A DNA stretch of 64,000 nucleotides from Acidobacteria bacterium 13_1_40CM_65_14 (lineage in GTDB: Bacteria > Acidobacteriota > Vicinamibacteria > Vicinamibacterales > CAVVIG01): contig MNEX01000136.1 in the NCBI GenBank assembly GCA_001917905.1, positions 10,711 through 74,710 of the forward strand. The letters are read 5' to 3'. Both the position numbers and the translations under genes were made by a program. The notes under the pieces are model-generated. The model had not been told where the DNA came from and did no database searches. It saw only the letters and a program-made list of their open reading frames with translations. Below are positions 19,067 through 28,157 of this stretch, in pieces; position 1 is the first letter of the stretch; every line of letters begins with the position of its first letter.

Positions 19067-19693
19067 TCACAGCGAGAGCTCCCGTTCAATTCCCGCCAAC
19101 AGATTCGCGATGTAGTTCCGCTCGAGAAATCGCTCGCGGAGCGACTGGAGAATCGCCCGGCGCTCCTCGTCCGGCGCGCCGCGATCGAGGGCGGCGTCCC
19201 ACCGTGTCGAGAGCTCCTGCAACTCCGCTTCGTGATCGGCGCGCTTGGCGTCAATCGGCAGACGGGCGCGTTCGAGGCGACCCTTCAACTGGTCGGCTGG
19301 TGCGCCGCCGGCGCGCATCTCGCGAACCTCGTCGAGCTCTTCGTTCAACGCGAACACTTCCTCGAGCAGCGCAGGCGGGACTTTGTTTACTCCGGGGGCC
19401 CCTGCCCCCCGGTCACGCTTCGCGGGGGCCCCTTCGCCCCGCTCCGCTGCGCCTTCTTCGAGCGTCAACAAATACTCGAGGCGCCGAATCGGGTCGCGAA
19501 GCGTGCGATACGCGTCGTTCAAATACGACGATTGTTCCAGGCTCGCGCGCCGCTCGGCCGCCGGTGCGTTGTAGAAGTAGTCGGGATGAAACTGCCGGCT
19601 GAGCGCGCGATACCGTTGCTCGAGATCGGCCATGTCGAGGTTCAGCTTGCGGGGCAGGCCGAGGAAGCTGAAAAAGTCCGCGCTACGCGCCAA
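19067..19693 (-). CDS. hscB: Co-chaperone HscB (J-domain), with repeat-derived insert
   Basis: FFSFLGLPRKLNLDMADLEQRYRALSRQFHPD (J domain, HPD). Operon position between iscA and hscA. Confidence 0.85.
   Translation of the reverse strand: MARSADFFSFLGLPRKLNLDMADLEQRYRALSRQFHPDYFYNAPAAERRASLEQSSYLNDAYRTLRDPIRRLEYLLTLEEGAAERGEGAPAKRDRGAGAPGVNKVPPALLEEVFALNEELDEVREMRAGGAPADQLKGRLERARLPIDAKRADHEAELQELSTRWDAALDRGAPDEERRAILQSLRERFLERNYIANLLAGIERELSL
19390..19450. repeat. GC-rich palindromic (REP-like) element inside hscB
   Basis: ccgggggcccctgccccccgg ... cgcgggggccccttcgccccgc. Encodes AAERGEGAPAKRDRGAGAPG in frame. Confidence 0.7.
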
Positions 19694-20009
19694 AGGAACT
19701 GCCGCAGCCGCACGTCGACTTGGCGTTCGGGTTGTTGAACACGAACCCCTTGCTGATCATGTTCGTGTCGTAGTCGAGCACCGTGCCGTTGAGATACAGC
19801 AGGCTCTTCTTGTCGACGTAGATCTTCGCGCCGTCGGGCCCCTCGAAGATTTCGTCGCCAAGACGCGGCTGCTTCTCCCACGAGAACGTGTAGCTCAACC
19901 CCGAGCACCCGCCGCCCTTCACGCCGACGCGCAGTCCGCCCTCGTCGATGCCCTGCTTGGCCATCAACGTGCGGATCTTGCGGGCTGCGGTTTCGCTGAT
20001 CTGAATCAT
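19683..20009 (-). CDS. iscA: Fe-S scaffold/carrier IscA (HesB family)
   Basis: LRVGVKGGGCSGLSY ... FNNPNAKSTCGCGSSF. Confidence 0.9.
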   Translation of the reverse strand: MIQISETAARKIRTLMAKQGIDEGGLRVGVKGGGCSGLSYTFSWEKQPRLGDEIFEGPDGAKIYVDKKSLLYLNGTVLDYDTNMISKGFVFNNPNAKSTCGCGSSFGA

Positions 20010-20075
20010 TTTTTACTTTGCGGTGGGGCCCCACCCCCACCGCCTGTCGCCGCTCGCCTTGTCGGCTCGCGGCGG
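20010..20075. repeat. GC-rich palindromic element immediately upstream of the iscA start
   Basis: Gene strand: GCGAGCCGACAAGGCGAGCGGCGACAGGCGGTGGGGGTGGGGCCCCACCGCAAAGTAAAAAATG. Confidence 0.8.
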
Positions 20076-20107
20076 TATATCCCAACGACTTTCTGCTTTC
20101 ACAAACG

Positions 20108-20533
20108 TTATGCAGTGGGTTGCGGCTGCTTCTGTTCAGCCCTGTTCGCGGCCGCCTGCTTTTTCTTGTAGTCGGCGATGGCGGCTTTGATCGCGTCCTC
20201 CGCCAGCACCGAGCAGTGAATCTTGACCGGCGGCAGGCTCAGCTCGGCGACGATCTCGGTGTTCTTGATCGCGAGCGCCTGATCGACGGTCTTGCCCTTG
20301 AGCCATTCGGTCGCCAGGCTCGAGCTCGCAATCGCCGAGCCGCAGCCGAACGTCTTGAACTTCGCATCATCGATGACGCCCGTGTCCGGGTTCACCTTGA
20401 CCTGCAGTTTCATGACGTCGCCGCACTCCGGCGCGCCGACGAGGCCCGTGCCGACGTTGACGTCGTCTTTTGGCAGCGAGCCGACATTGCGCGGGTTCTC
20501 GTAGTGATCGATGACCTTGCTCGAATACGCCAT
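20108..20533 (-). CDS. iscU: Fe-S cluster scaffold IscU
   Basis: MAYSSKVIDHYENPRNVGSL ... GAPECGDVMKL ... FKTFGCGSAIASSS ... LPPVKIHCS. Confidence 0.95.
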   Translation of the reverse strand: MAYSSKVIDHYENPRNVGSLPKDDVNVGTGLVGAPECGDVMKLQVKVNPDTGVIDDAKFKTFGCGSAIASSSLATEWLKGKTVDQALAIKNTEIVAELSLPPVKIHCSVLAEDAIKAAIADYKKKQAAANRAEQKQPQPTA

Positions 20534-20537
20534 GTTC

Positions 20538-21764
20538 TTAATGTCCTTCTGTTTGCCACTGCATCGTGGAGAGGTCGACGCCTTCTTTCGCCAGCTCATA
20601 GAGGGGCGACATTTCCCGCAGCCGCGTCACGACATGCGTCAGTTTGTCCGCGACGTAATCCACTTCCTCTTTCGTCGTCCACCGGCCCAGTCCGAAGCGG
20701 ATGGACGAGTGCGCGAGGTCGTCCCCCGCACCGAGCGCCTTGAGCACGTACGACGGTTCGAGGCTCGCCGACGTGCAGGCCGAACCCGACGAGACCGCGA
20801 CGTCGTTGATCCCCATCAGCAGCGATTCGCCCTCGACGTAGGCGAAGCTGATGTTCAAGTTGTGCGGCAGCCGGTGTTCCACCGAACCGTTGACGTAAAT
20901 CTCGTCGAGGTTCTTGTGAAGCTTGTCGTTGAGGTAATCGCGCAGCTTCCGCAGACGCTCACTCTCGCTCGCCATCTCCTGCCTGCACAGCTCCGCGGCC
21001 TTGCCAAAGCCGACGATGCCGGTGACGTTCAGCGTGCCTGAACGCATGCCGCGCTCGTGGCCGCCGCCATCGATGATCGGGGCGAGCAGCACGCGCGGAT
21101 TTCTGCGCCGGACGTACAGCGCGCCGACGCCCTTCGGTCCGTATATCTTGTGCGCGCTCAGCGAGGCCATGTCGACCTTCAGATCGTTGACGTTGAACGG
21201 CACCTTGCCAACCATCTGAACCGCGTCCGTGTGGAAGAGGATCCCCTTCTCTTTCGCGATCGCGCCAATCTCCGCAATCGGCTGGAGGACGCCGATCTCG
21301 TTGTTGGCCGCCATGATCGTGATGAGGATCGTCTTGTCGCTGATCGCCGCCTTCAGCTCGTCGAGGCTGATCCGGCCGTCCTTCTGCACCGGCAGATAGG
21401 TGACGCGGTAGCCCTCCTTCTCGAGGCGCTTGCACGTGTCGATCACCGCCTTGTGCTCGGTGACGGCCGTGATGATGTGATTGCCCTTCTCGCGATACAT
21501 CTCGGCGACGCCTTTGATCGCGAGGTTGTCCGACTCGGTCGCGCCGCTCGTGAAGACGATTTCCTTGGCGTTCGCGCCGATCAGATCCGCCACCTGCTTG
21601 CGCGCCTTCTCGACGGCTTCTTCCGCTTCCCACCCGAACGGATGATTGCGGCTGGCGGCATTGCCGAAATGCTCGGTGAAGTAGGGAATCATCGCCTCGA
21701 CGACGCGCGGATCGGCCGGCGTGGTCGCGTGATAGTCCATGTAGATCGGGAGCTTGATAGCCAT
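20538..21764 (-). CDS. iscS: Cysteine desulfurase IscS
   Basis: [16 protein letters not shown] ... [10 protein letters not shown] ... [15 protein letters not shown] ... SSGSACTS. Confidence 0.95.
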   Translation of the reverse strand: MAIKLPIYMDYHATTPADPRVVEAMIPYFTEHFGNAASRNHPFGWEAEEAVEKARKQVADLIGANAKEIVFTSGATESDNLAIKGVAEMYREKGNHIITAVTEHKAVIDTCKRLEKEGYRVTYLPVQKDGRISLDELKAAISDKTILITIMAANNEIGVLQPIAEIGAIAKEKGILFHTDAVQMVGKVPFNVNDLKVDMASLSAHKIYGPKGVGALYVRRRNPRVLLAPIIDGGGHERGMRSGTLNVTGIVGFGKAAELCRQEMASESERLRKLRDYLNDKLHKNLDEIYVNGSVEHRLPHNLNISFAYVEGESLLMGINDVAVSSGSACTSASLEPSYVLKALGAGDDLAHSSIRFGLGRWTTKEEVDYVADKLTHVVTRLREMSPLYELAKEGVDLSTMQWQTEGH

Positions 21765-21769
21765 AGCGT

Positions 21770-22231
21770 TCAAATATGCGTGTGAAGCACCGCGGGTTGC
21801 GCGGTCGCCGGCGGCGGGGAATCCGCCGCAAGCTCCGCGATCGTGCATTCTCCGAGCGCGGTCAGAATCCGTTCACGCACGCGCCAGAGCGGGTCGCGTA
21901 CGTTGCATTTCGCGAACTGTTCGCAAAGTCCGTCCTCGGTCGAACAGGCCGTGACGGTCACCGGTCCATCGATCGCTTGAATGACGTCGGCAACCGAAAT
22001 CTGCGACGGAATTCGCGCCAGTTGATACCCGCCACGGGTACCCTGATGCGAAGCGAGCAGTCCGCGCCGAACCAGTCGCTGAAGCACCTTTGCCATGAGC
22101 TCTATCGGAATGTCGTACAGTTCCGCGATTTCCCGGGCTGACGATGACGCCTGGGAGCCCCGGTCGCCTCGCAGCGCCAGGTGTTTCATCGCGATCAAGG
22201 CGTAATCCGCCTTTTTTGACAGCCTCAACAT
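21770..22231 (-). CDS. iscR: Rrf2-family regulator (IscR-like)
   Basis: [19 protein letters not shown] ... [10 protein letters not shown]. Cys residues [14 protein letters not shown]. First gene of the isc operon. Confidence 0.85.
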   Translation of the reverse strand: MLRLSKKADYALIAMKHLALRGDRGSQASSSAREIAELYDIPIELMAKVLQRLVRRGLLASHQGTRGGYQLARIPSQISVADVIQAIDGPVTVTACSTEDGLCEQFAKCNVRDPLWRVRERILTALGECTIAELAADSPPPATAQPAVLHTHI

Positions 22232-22299
22232 GCCGGTCTTTCACGTATGCGATAGGAAACGTTCCGGCCGCGCGATCCGTACACGGCCTCGTGCTGACC

Positions 22300-22365
22300 C
22301 GGCTTTTTCTTGCTCGCGGGGCCCCGCTCGATCGGCGTCCTCGCGCCTCGCGCGGGCCGCAGGCG
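22300..22365. repeat. GC-rich palindromic element upstream of iscR
   Basis: Gene strand: GCGAGGCGCGAGGACGCCGATCGAGCGGGGCCCCGCGAGCAAGAAAAAGCC. Confidence 0.6.
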
Positions 22366-22413
22366 CATATCCGACCGCTATGGTCTTACTTTAACACACT
22401 GCAGCGGCGCGGT

Positions 22414-23877
22414 TTAGTATTTCGGCTGGGTCGGATCGACCTTGTCTATCCAATCCAGGACGCCGCCCTTCAGGTTCAGAACCTTCTTGAACCCGACCGA
22501 CCTCAGGAAATCCGCAGCTTTCGCGCTCCGCCCGCCCGTCTTGCAGTGCACGACGATCTCATCGTCAGGGTTGAGCTCGTTGACGCGCTTCGGCACGTCT
22601 CCGAGCGGGATGAGCTCGGACCCGGGGATGCGATTGATCTGGTACTCGTTGGGCTCCCGCACGTCGACGATCTTCAGCTTGTCGCCACGGTCGAGCCGTT
22701 GCTTGAGCTCGACCGACGTGATCTCAGTGGCACTGTTCACCGTGATCGGCTCCGGTGCGGCCGGCCTGACGCCGCAGAACTGTTCGTAGTCGATGAGCTG
22801 CGTCACGGTCGGGTGCGTGCCACACACCGGGCAGTCGGGATCCTTGCGCAGCTTCAGTTCGCGGAATCTCATCCGCAGCGCGTCGACGATCAGAAAACGT
22901 CCGATCAGCGGTTCGCCGACGCCGAGAATCAGCTTGATCGTTTCCGTCGCCTGAATCACGCCGATGATGCCCGGCAGCACGCCGAGCACGCCGCCTTCGG
23001 CGCAGCTCGGGACGAGTCCAGGCGGCGGCGGCTCGGGATACAAGCAGCGATAGCACGGACCGTCCTTGGTCGCGAATACCGACGCTTGGCCTTCGAAACG
23101 GAAGATGCTGCCGTAGGCGTTCGGCTTGCCGGTCAGCACGCTCGCGTCGTTGACCAGATAGCGTGTCGGAAAATTGTCCGTGCCGTCGACGATCACGTCG
23201 TACGGCTCGAACAGCTTGAGCGCGTTCTCTGACGAAATCGCGGTCTCGTGCGCGACGACGTCGACGTTCGGATTGAGCGCTTGCAGCCGATCTTTCGCCG
23301 ACGCGAGCTTCGATCGACCGACGTCGGGCGTTCCGTGGAGGATTTGCCGCTGCAAGTTGCTGAAGTCGACGACGTCGAAGTCCACGATGCCGAGCGTGCC
23401 CACGCCGGCGGCGGTGAGATACATGGCGACCGGCGATCCAAGTCCGCCTGCACCGATACACAGCACCTTGGCCGCCTTCAGCTTCCGCTGACCCTCGACG
23501 CCCACCTCCGGCATGATGAGATGCCGCGAGTAGCGTTTGATCTCGTCGTTTGTCAGTTCCGGTAAGGTCCGGCTGACACCGGACACCACATCCGTGACGC
23601 TTGGCGCGCCGCCCGCGACCGACGGGATGATGCTGACCGTGTCGTCCGCGGTCACCGGCGTCTGTTCCTTCTGCAAGTACCGGATGTCTTCGTCGTTGAC
23701 GTACACGTTGACGAAGCTGCGCAGCTTGCCCTGCTCGTTGTAGAGATGCGGCTTGAGACCGGCGTGCCGGCGCGTCAGATCGGCCAGCAGCTCGCCGACG
23801 GTCGCGCCCGACGCGTCAACCGCGTCCTGCTTGTCGGTGTACGGTCTGAGCGGAGTCGGAATGAGAATTTTCACCAT
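22414..23877 (-). CDS. Fusion: ThiS/MoaD/CysO-like ubiquitin-fold domain + MoeB/MoeZ-type E1 adenylyltransferase + rhodanese
   Basis: N-terminal about 90 aa, MVKILIPTPL...VSIIPSVAGG (beta-grasp sulfur carrier ending GG). Then RYSRHLIMPEVGVEGQRKL..VLCIGAGGLGSP, CxxC pairs (CYRC, CPVC), and C-terminal rhodanese VVHCKTGGRS. Confidence 0.85.
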   Translation of the reverse strand: MVKILIPTPLRPYTDKQDAVDASGATVGELLADLTRRHAGLKPHLYNEQGKLRSFVNVYVNDEDIRYLQKEQTPVTADDTVSIIPSVAGGAPSVTDVVSGVSRTLPELTNDEIKRYSRHLIMPEVGVEGQRKLKAAKVLCIGAGGLGSPVAMYLTAAGVGTLGIVDFDVVDFSNLQRQILHGTPDVGRSKLASAKDRLQALNPNVDVVAHETAISSENALKLFEPYDVIVDGTDNFPTRYLVNDASVLTGKPNAYGSIFRFEGQASVFATKDGPCYRCLYPEPPPPGLVPSCAEGGVLGVLPGIIGVIQATETIKLILGVGEPLIGRFLIVDALRMRFRELKLRKDPDCPVCGTHPTVTQLIDYEQFCGVRPAAPEPITVNSATEITSVELKQRLDRGDKLKIVDVREPNEYQINRIPGSELIPLGDVPKRVNELNPDDEIVVHCKTGGRSAKAADFLRSVGFKKVLNLKGGVLDWIDKVDPTQPKY

Positions 23878-24292
23878 GATCGAGACTGCCCTCTTCGAAG
23901 CTCGAACGATCGTTTTTGAGATACCACACCGTCATGTCCGCGGCGGCGCCGTTCATCACCGACACGATGATGTAGGCGAAGGTCGGCCACGCGTGATCGA
24001 GATCGTACTGCGACGGCCGCGATGGATGATCCGGGTGCGAGTGATAGAACCCAAGGAGCTCGCCGCCCATTTCGGTCGCCCGCCGCTCGGCCTGCCGGTA
24101 ATCGGACGGTCGCACCAGAAACCGGCGCCGCGGTCCTTCCTCGGTTGTGTTCGGGAGCGCGACGACCGTCGTCACGATATCGCCTTTGCCGACGAGCGCC
24201 CCGCAGCACTCGTGCGGATACGTCTCCTGACCGTGCGCGCGAATCGCGTGCTCCACGTCGCCTGTGATGATCAATCGCCGATCAGCTGCCAT
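23816..24292 (-). CDS. JAMM/MPN+ metalloprotease (Mec-like)
   Basis: YPHECCGALVG ... GFYHSHPDHPSRPSQYD (ExnHxHx7Sx2D JAMM motif). Confidence 0.85.
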   Translation of the reverse strand: MAADRRLIITGDVEHAIRAHGQETYPHECCGALVGKGDIVTTVVALPNTTEEGPRRRFLVRPSDYRQAERRATEMGGELLGFYHSHPDHPSRPSQYDLDHAWPTFAYIIVSVMNGAAADMTVWYLKNDRSSFEEGSLDHGENSHSDSAQTVHRQAGRG

Positions 24293-25235
24293 GTTGCTCC
24301 GCGGTCCAGAAGCTTTCTGTCAGGTACTTCTCGGCGCCGTCGGGAAACACGGTCACGACGATGCCGCTGTCGAGACGCTTGGCGACATCGAGCGTCGCGG
24401 CAATCGCGGCGCCCGACGAGATCCCCGCAAGCAGACCCTCTTCCCGGGCGAGACGGCGGACCATGCGATACGCGCGCTCGGTGTCGATCCGCAAATCCTC
24501 GTCGGCGAGCGTCGGATCGTAGATGCCCGGGACGATCGCCGACTCCATGTGCTTGAGACCTTCGAGTCCATGGAACGGCGAGTCGGGCTGAAACGAGATC
24601 AGCTTGATCGACGGATTGAACTTCCGCAGCCGGCGTCCGATCCCGATAAACGTGCCGCTCGTTCCCAGGCCGGCGACGAAGTGCGTCATGCGGCCGCTCG
24701 TCTGCTCGATGATTTCCGGTGCGGTCGTATCGTAATGCGCCTGCCAGTTCGCGTCGTTGTTGTACTGATCGGGATAGAAGTAGCGGTCCGGATCCGACGC
24801 GTACAGCCGCCGCGCTTCGCGAATCGCGCCGTCGCTGCCTTCGAGTGGACTCGTGAGCACGAGCTCGGCGCCAAGCGCGCGCAGAATCAGCTTGCGTTCG
24901 GGGCTCGCGTTCTCCGGCACGCACAACTTCACCTTGTAGCCGCGCGCCGCGCCGACCATCGCGTACGCGATGCCGGTGTTCCCCGAGGTCGCATCGAGAA
25001 TCGTGCGGTCAGGCGTCAGCGTGCCCTTCGCCTCGCCGTCGAGGATCATCCGCGCCGCGGCGCGGTCTTTCACCGATCCGCCAGGGTTTTGCCATTCCGC
25101 TTTCGCGTAGATCTCGACGCCGGGCGTCTCCCGCTCGAACTGGTGCAGCCGCACGAGCGGCGTGCGCCCGATCATGTCGAGCACGGACGAGCCGGGCGCT
25201 CGGTCCAGCACGGAAGACGCGTCTGATGAGGACAT
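24282..25235 (-). CDS. cysM: Cysteine synthase, CysM/CysO-dependent type
   Basis: AEWQNPGGSVKDRAA ... DATSGNTGIAYA ... GLGTSGT. PLP beta-replacement family. Confidence 0.9.
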   Translation of the reverse strand: MSSSDASSVLDRAPGSSVLDMIGRTPLVRLHQFERETPGVEIYAKAEWQNPGGSVKDRAAARMILDGEAKGTLTPDRTILDATSGNTGIAYAMVGAARGYKVKLCVPENASPERKLILRALGAELVLTSPLEGSDGAIREARRLYASDPDRYFYPDQYNNDANWQAHYDTTAPEIIEQTSGRMTHFVAGLGTSGTFIGIGRRLRKFNPSIKLISFQPDSPFHGLEGLKHMESAIVPGIYDPTLADEDLRIDTERAYRMVRRLAREEGLLAGISSGAAIAATLDVAKRLDSGIVVTVFPDGAEKYLTESFWTAEQHGS

Positions 25236-25291
25236 GGGATATATACGACCGACTGAGTCGGTGATTGTATCAACTATACTCCGGCCCGTCG

Positions 25292-25906
25292 ATGACCCAC
25301 CTCGGCGGTTGGTTGTTCCGCCACCGCACGATCATTCCGCTTCCGCTCGCGATCGCCGTGCTGCTGCTGCGGATCGGCGAGGCGCCGCCTTCCAAATGGC
25401 TCATCGCAAGCGGGATCGGCCTCACGTTGACGGGCGAAGCGATCCGGTTGTGGGCCGTTCACCACATCGGCGCGATCTCGCGGACGCGAAGCGATCGCCT
25501 CGGCCCGCTCATCGCCGCCGGGCCGTTCGCAGTGGTGCGCAATCCGCTCTATCTGGGGAACATCGCACTGTGGGCAGGGTTTGCGATGGCGGCCCGGCTC
25601 CTCTGGCTGGTGCCGGTCATCGTCGTGCTGCTCGCGGTGGAATATCACGCGATCGTGCGCTGGGAGGAGCAGGTGCTCGAAGCGCGCTACGGTGACGAGT
25701 ATCGTGCGTACGCCGCGCGCGTGCCGCGATGGTGGCCCACGTTCAACCGCGGAGCGCGCAGAACTCGCAGAGAAAACGTGTTCTCTGCGAACTCAGCGAA
25801 CTCCGCGGTTGCTTTCTCCTGGCGCGAGACGCTGTTCAGCGAGCGCGGCACGCTCATCGCCATCGCAGCTGGATTTTTCCTGCTCTGGCTCAAACTTAGA
25901 ACTTAG
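25292..25906 (+). CDS. Isoprenylcysteine carboxyl / phospholipid methyltransferase-family membrane protein
   Basis: GPFAVVRNPLYLGNIALWAGFA ... EEQVLEARYGDEYRAYAARVPRWWP. The C-terminal tail runs through two repeats. ATG at 25292 preferred over TTG at 25265. Confidence 0.75.
   Translation: MTHLGGWLFRHRTIIPLPLAIAVLLLRIGEAPPSKWLIASGIGLTLTGEAIRLWAVHHIGAISRTRSDRLGPLIAAGPFAVVRNPLYLGNIALWAGFAMAARLLWLVPVIVVLLAVEYHAIVRWEEQVLEARYGDEYRAYAARVPRWWPTFNRGARRTRRENVFSANSANSAVAFSWRETLFSERGTLIAIAAGFFLLWLKLRT
25749..25807. repeat. Hairpin repeat (CGCAGAG-type) inside the 3' part of the methyltransferase ORF
   Basis: gcggagcgcgcagaactcgcagagaaaacgtgttctctgcgaactcagcgaactccgc. Confidence 0.7.
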
Positions 25907-25982
25907 AACTTAGAACCTAGAACTTCGAACTCAGAACCCAACCGAGCACAGTTCTAAGTTCTGAGTTTTGAGTTCTTAGTTC
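25893..25982. repeat. Hairpin repeat (AGAACTT-type heptamer arms) between convergent genes
   Basis: acttagaacttagaacttagaacctagaacttcgaactcagaac ... gttctaagttctgagttttgagttcttagttc. Both flanking stop codons lie inside the arms. Confidence 0.85.
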
Positions 25983-26610
25983 CGCGCGGCGGAGTTTCGC
26001 GGAGCGTCTGCCAGAGATACCACGACGCGACCGATCGATACGGACGCCACGCTTCGCCCATTTTCAGGATGCGCTTCGGATCGGGACGCTTGCGGAGCCG
26101 ATAGAGGCGCTGAATCGCATTGACGATGCCGAGGTCGCCCGCCGGCAGGACGTCCGGGCGATGAAGCCGGAACATCAGAAACATTTCGGCCGTCCATCGG
26201 CCGAAGCCTTTGACCGACGTCAGCCGCTCGATGACCAGGTCGTCAGGCAATGCATCGAGCTCGTCGAGATTCAGCCGGCCATCGGCGATGCGCGCGGACA
26301 GATCGCGCAGATACCCGATCTTCTGTCCGCTCAAACCGACTCCGCGTAGCGTCGGGTCATCCAGCCCATCAATCGCCGCCGCGCTCGTGATTTGGTTGTC
26401 CGGAAACAACGCCGCGAACCTTCCGAAGATCGTCGCGGCCGCTTTGGTTGACAGCTGTTGACTGACGATCGCTCCGATGAGCGCGGTGAGATGGTCTTTG
26501 CGCTGGCGCTCCGCCATGCGACACGCCCCGATGCGCTTGATCGCTTCGGCAAGAATCGGATCGCGCCGCATCAAGAGACGCCGCGCGCGCTGGTAATCCG
26601 CCTCTGTCAT
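25954..26610 (-). CDS. DNA-3-methyladenine glycosylase II-like (HhH-GPD, AlkA family)
   Basis: IVSQQLSTKAAATIFGRF ... LTSVKGFGRWTAEMFLMF..RPDVLPAGDLG. Confidence 0.85.
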   Translation of the reverse strand: MTEADYQRARRLLMRRDPILAEAIKRIGACRMAERQRKDHLTALIGAIVSQQLSTKAAATIFGRFAALFPDNQITSAAAIDGLDDPTLRGVGLSGQKIGYLRDLSARIADGRLNLDELDALPDDLVIERLTSVKGFGRWTAEMFLMFRLHRPDVLPAGDLGIVNAIQRLYRLRKRPDPKRILKMGEAWRPYRSVASWYLWQTLRETPPRGTKNSKLRT

Positions 26611-27302
26611 TTCATCGACGCCGTCAAGGTCACGCGTGCGTGGATTTCGATGAGTCCGGGCTCGACCGGCGTCTGCGCCGGGCTCTCGGCCGTGCGGGCC
26701 ATCGTCATCATCGGCCTCGGTGGCATGATGCCGCTATCGCGCGAATCCTCGATGCGCAACACGCGATCGATGGCACGGCCCGCGCCCGATGCCGCGGCTT
26801 CGGCGCGTGCACGGGCGTCGGCGACGGCGAGTCGCAGCGCTTCGCGTTCGACGCTGTCGCGATCCTGCAGATCGAACCGGATGCCGCTGACCGACGTGGC
26901 GCCCGACTGTACGACCGCGTCGAGCATCTCACCGGTCCGCGCGATGTCGTCCACGCGGACTTCGATGCCGTTGCGCGCCACGAACTCGCGCAGCACGCGC
27001 CGGCCCTGCACGAAGTCGAACTCCTGCTGGAGGTCGTAGCCGGTCGTACGGATGGCGTCTTTCGCGATGCGCGCCTGCGTCAGCCGCTGCTGGACCGCGG
27101 TCATCGCCTCCGCGTTCAAGCGCTGCGCGTCACGCGGACTCTTCGAGCGCGTCTCGACGCTCACGGTGACGAACGCGCGGTCGGGCGCACGACGGACCGT
27201 CGCCTCGCCAACCGTCACGACGACCGGACCCTGTGGCTGCGCCGGCTCTTGAGCGGCGACGGCGCAGGCCAGGGCGATCCAAACGACTGCTATGAGCCGC
27301 AT
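26607..27302 (-). CDS. SIMPL/DUF541 periplasmic protein
   Basis: MRLIAVVWIALACAVAAQ signal, then VTVSVETRSKSPRDAQRLNAEAM ... GIRFDL.D......AL..AV.DARARAE. Confidence 0.8.
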   Translation of the reverse strand: MRLIAVVWIALACAVAAQEPAQPQGPVVVTVGEATVRRAPDRAFVTVSVETRSKSPRDAQRLNAEAMTAVQQRLTQARIAKDAIRTTGYDLQQEFDFVQGRRVLREFVARNGIEVRVDDIARTGEMLDAVVQSGATSVSGIRFDLQDRDSVEREALRLAVADARARAEAAASGAGRAIDRVLRIEDSRDSGIMPPRPMMTMARTAESPAQTPVEPGLIEIHARVTLTASMK

Positions 27303-28081
27303 ACGATCCGGAACCCGATGCTGTGCGCGTAGGTGTCCGGCGGAACCTTGTGACGATACGCACATCGAAGCATCGACACGTCGTCGTTCACCCAGGAACC
27401 GCCACGCACGATGCGCATGCTGCCGGTCGCGAGGCCCTGAGGGTCGCGCATCTCGCCGAGCCCATAGTAGTCCGCGCTGTACCAGTCGGACACCCATTCC
27501 CAGACATTGCCCGACATGTCGTAAAGGCCGTATGCATTGGGCGAATAGGTGCCGGTCGGACGCGTGCCGCGCTCCCGTTTGAACGACGGGTCCGTCAGGT
27601 AGTTGCACCGCGACGAATCGATGTCGTCGCCCCACGGATAGCGCTGACCTTCGAGGCCGCCGCGCGCCGCTTTTTCCCATTCCGCTTCGGTCGGCAGGCG
27701 CACGACGCGTCCCAGCGAATCGGACAGCCACCGACAGTAGGCCTGCGCATCGTCGTAGCGCGTGAGCACCACGGGATGACTGCCGTGACCGGCCGGCGGA
27801 TTGCCCTCCTCCCAGACGTACGGCGCCGCGAGCTCGCGGAACATCGAATCGCGGCCGCCGAGCGTCACGAGCGGCAGGCCGCGGATCGACGGCGCCGGAT
27901 AGCCGGTCTCGCGGATGAATCGCGCGTACTCGTCCTGCGTGACCGCGAAGCGGCTGATGAAGAATTCGCTGACGAAGATGCGATGAACGGGACGCTCGTC
28001 CTGTTCGAAGTCCGGCGCGCCCATCAGAAAGTCGCCGGCGGGAATCCGCGCGAGGTTCGGGGTTGTCGCGAGCGTCATCAT
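27290..28081 (-). CDS. Formylglycine-generating-enzyme family protein (SUMF1/FGE-sulfatase domain)
   Basis: IPAGDFLMGAP...ERPVHRIFVSEFFISRFAVT ... RLPTEAEWEKAARGG ... GNVWEWVSDWY ... RIVRGGSW. The start is uncertain (28081 versus 28159). Confidence 0.8.
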   Translation of the reverse strand: MMTLATTPNLARIPAGDFLMGAPDFEQDERPVHRIFVSEFFISRFAVTQDEYARFIRETGYPAPSIRGLPLVTLGGRDSMFRELAAPYVWEEGNPPAGHGSHPVVLTRYDDAQAYCRWLSDSLGRVVRLPTEAEWEKAARGGLEGQRYPWGDDIDSSRCNYLTDPSFKRERGTRPTGTYSPNAYGLYDMSGNVWEWVSDWYSADYYGLGEMRDPQGLATGSMRIVRGGSWVNDDVSMLRCAYRHKVPPDTYAHSIGFRIVCGS

Positions 28082-28157
28082 GCCTTCGGGCGCGGCCGTG
28101 GTGATCGCCCGTCTGTCTGCACTTGTGTCCAAAGCGGTGAGTATATAGTCTGCGCTC

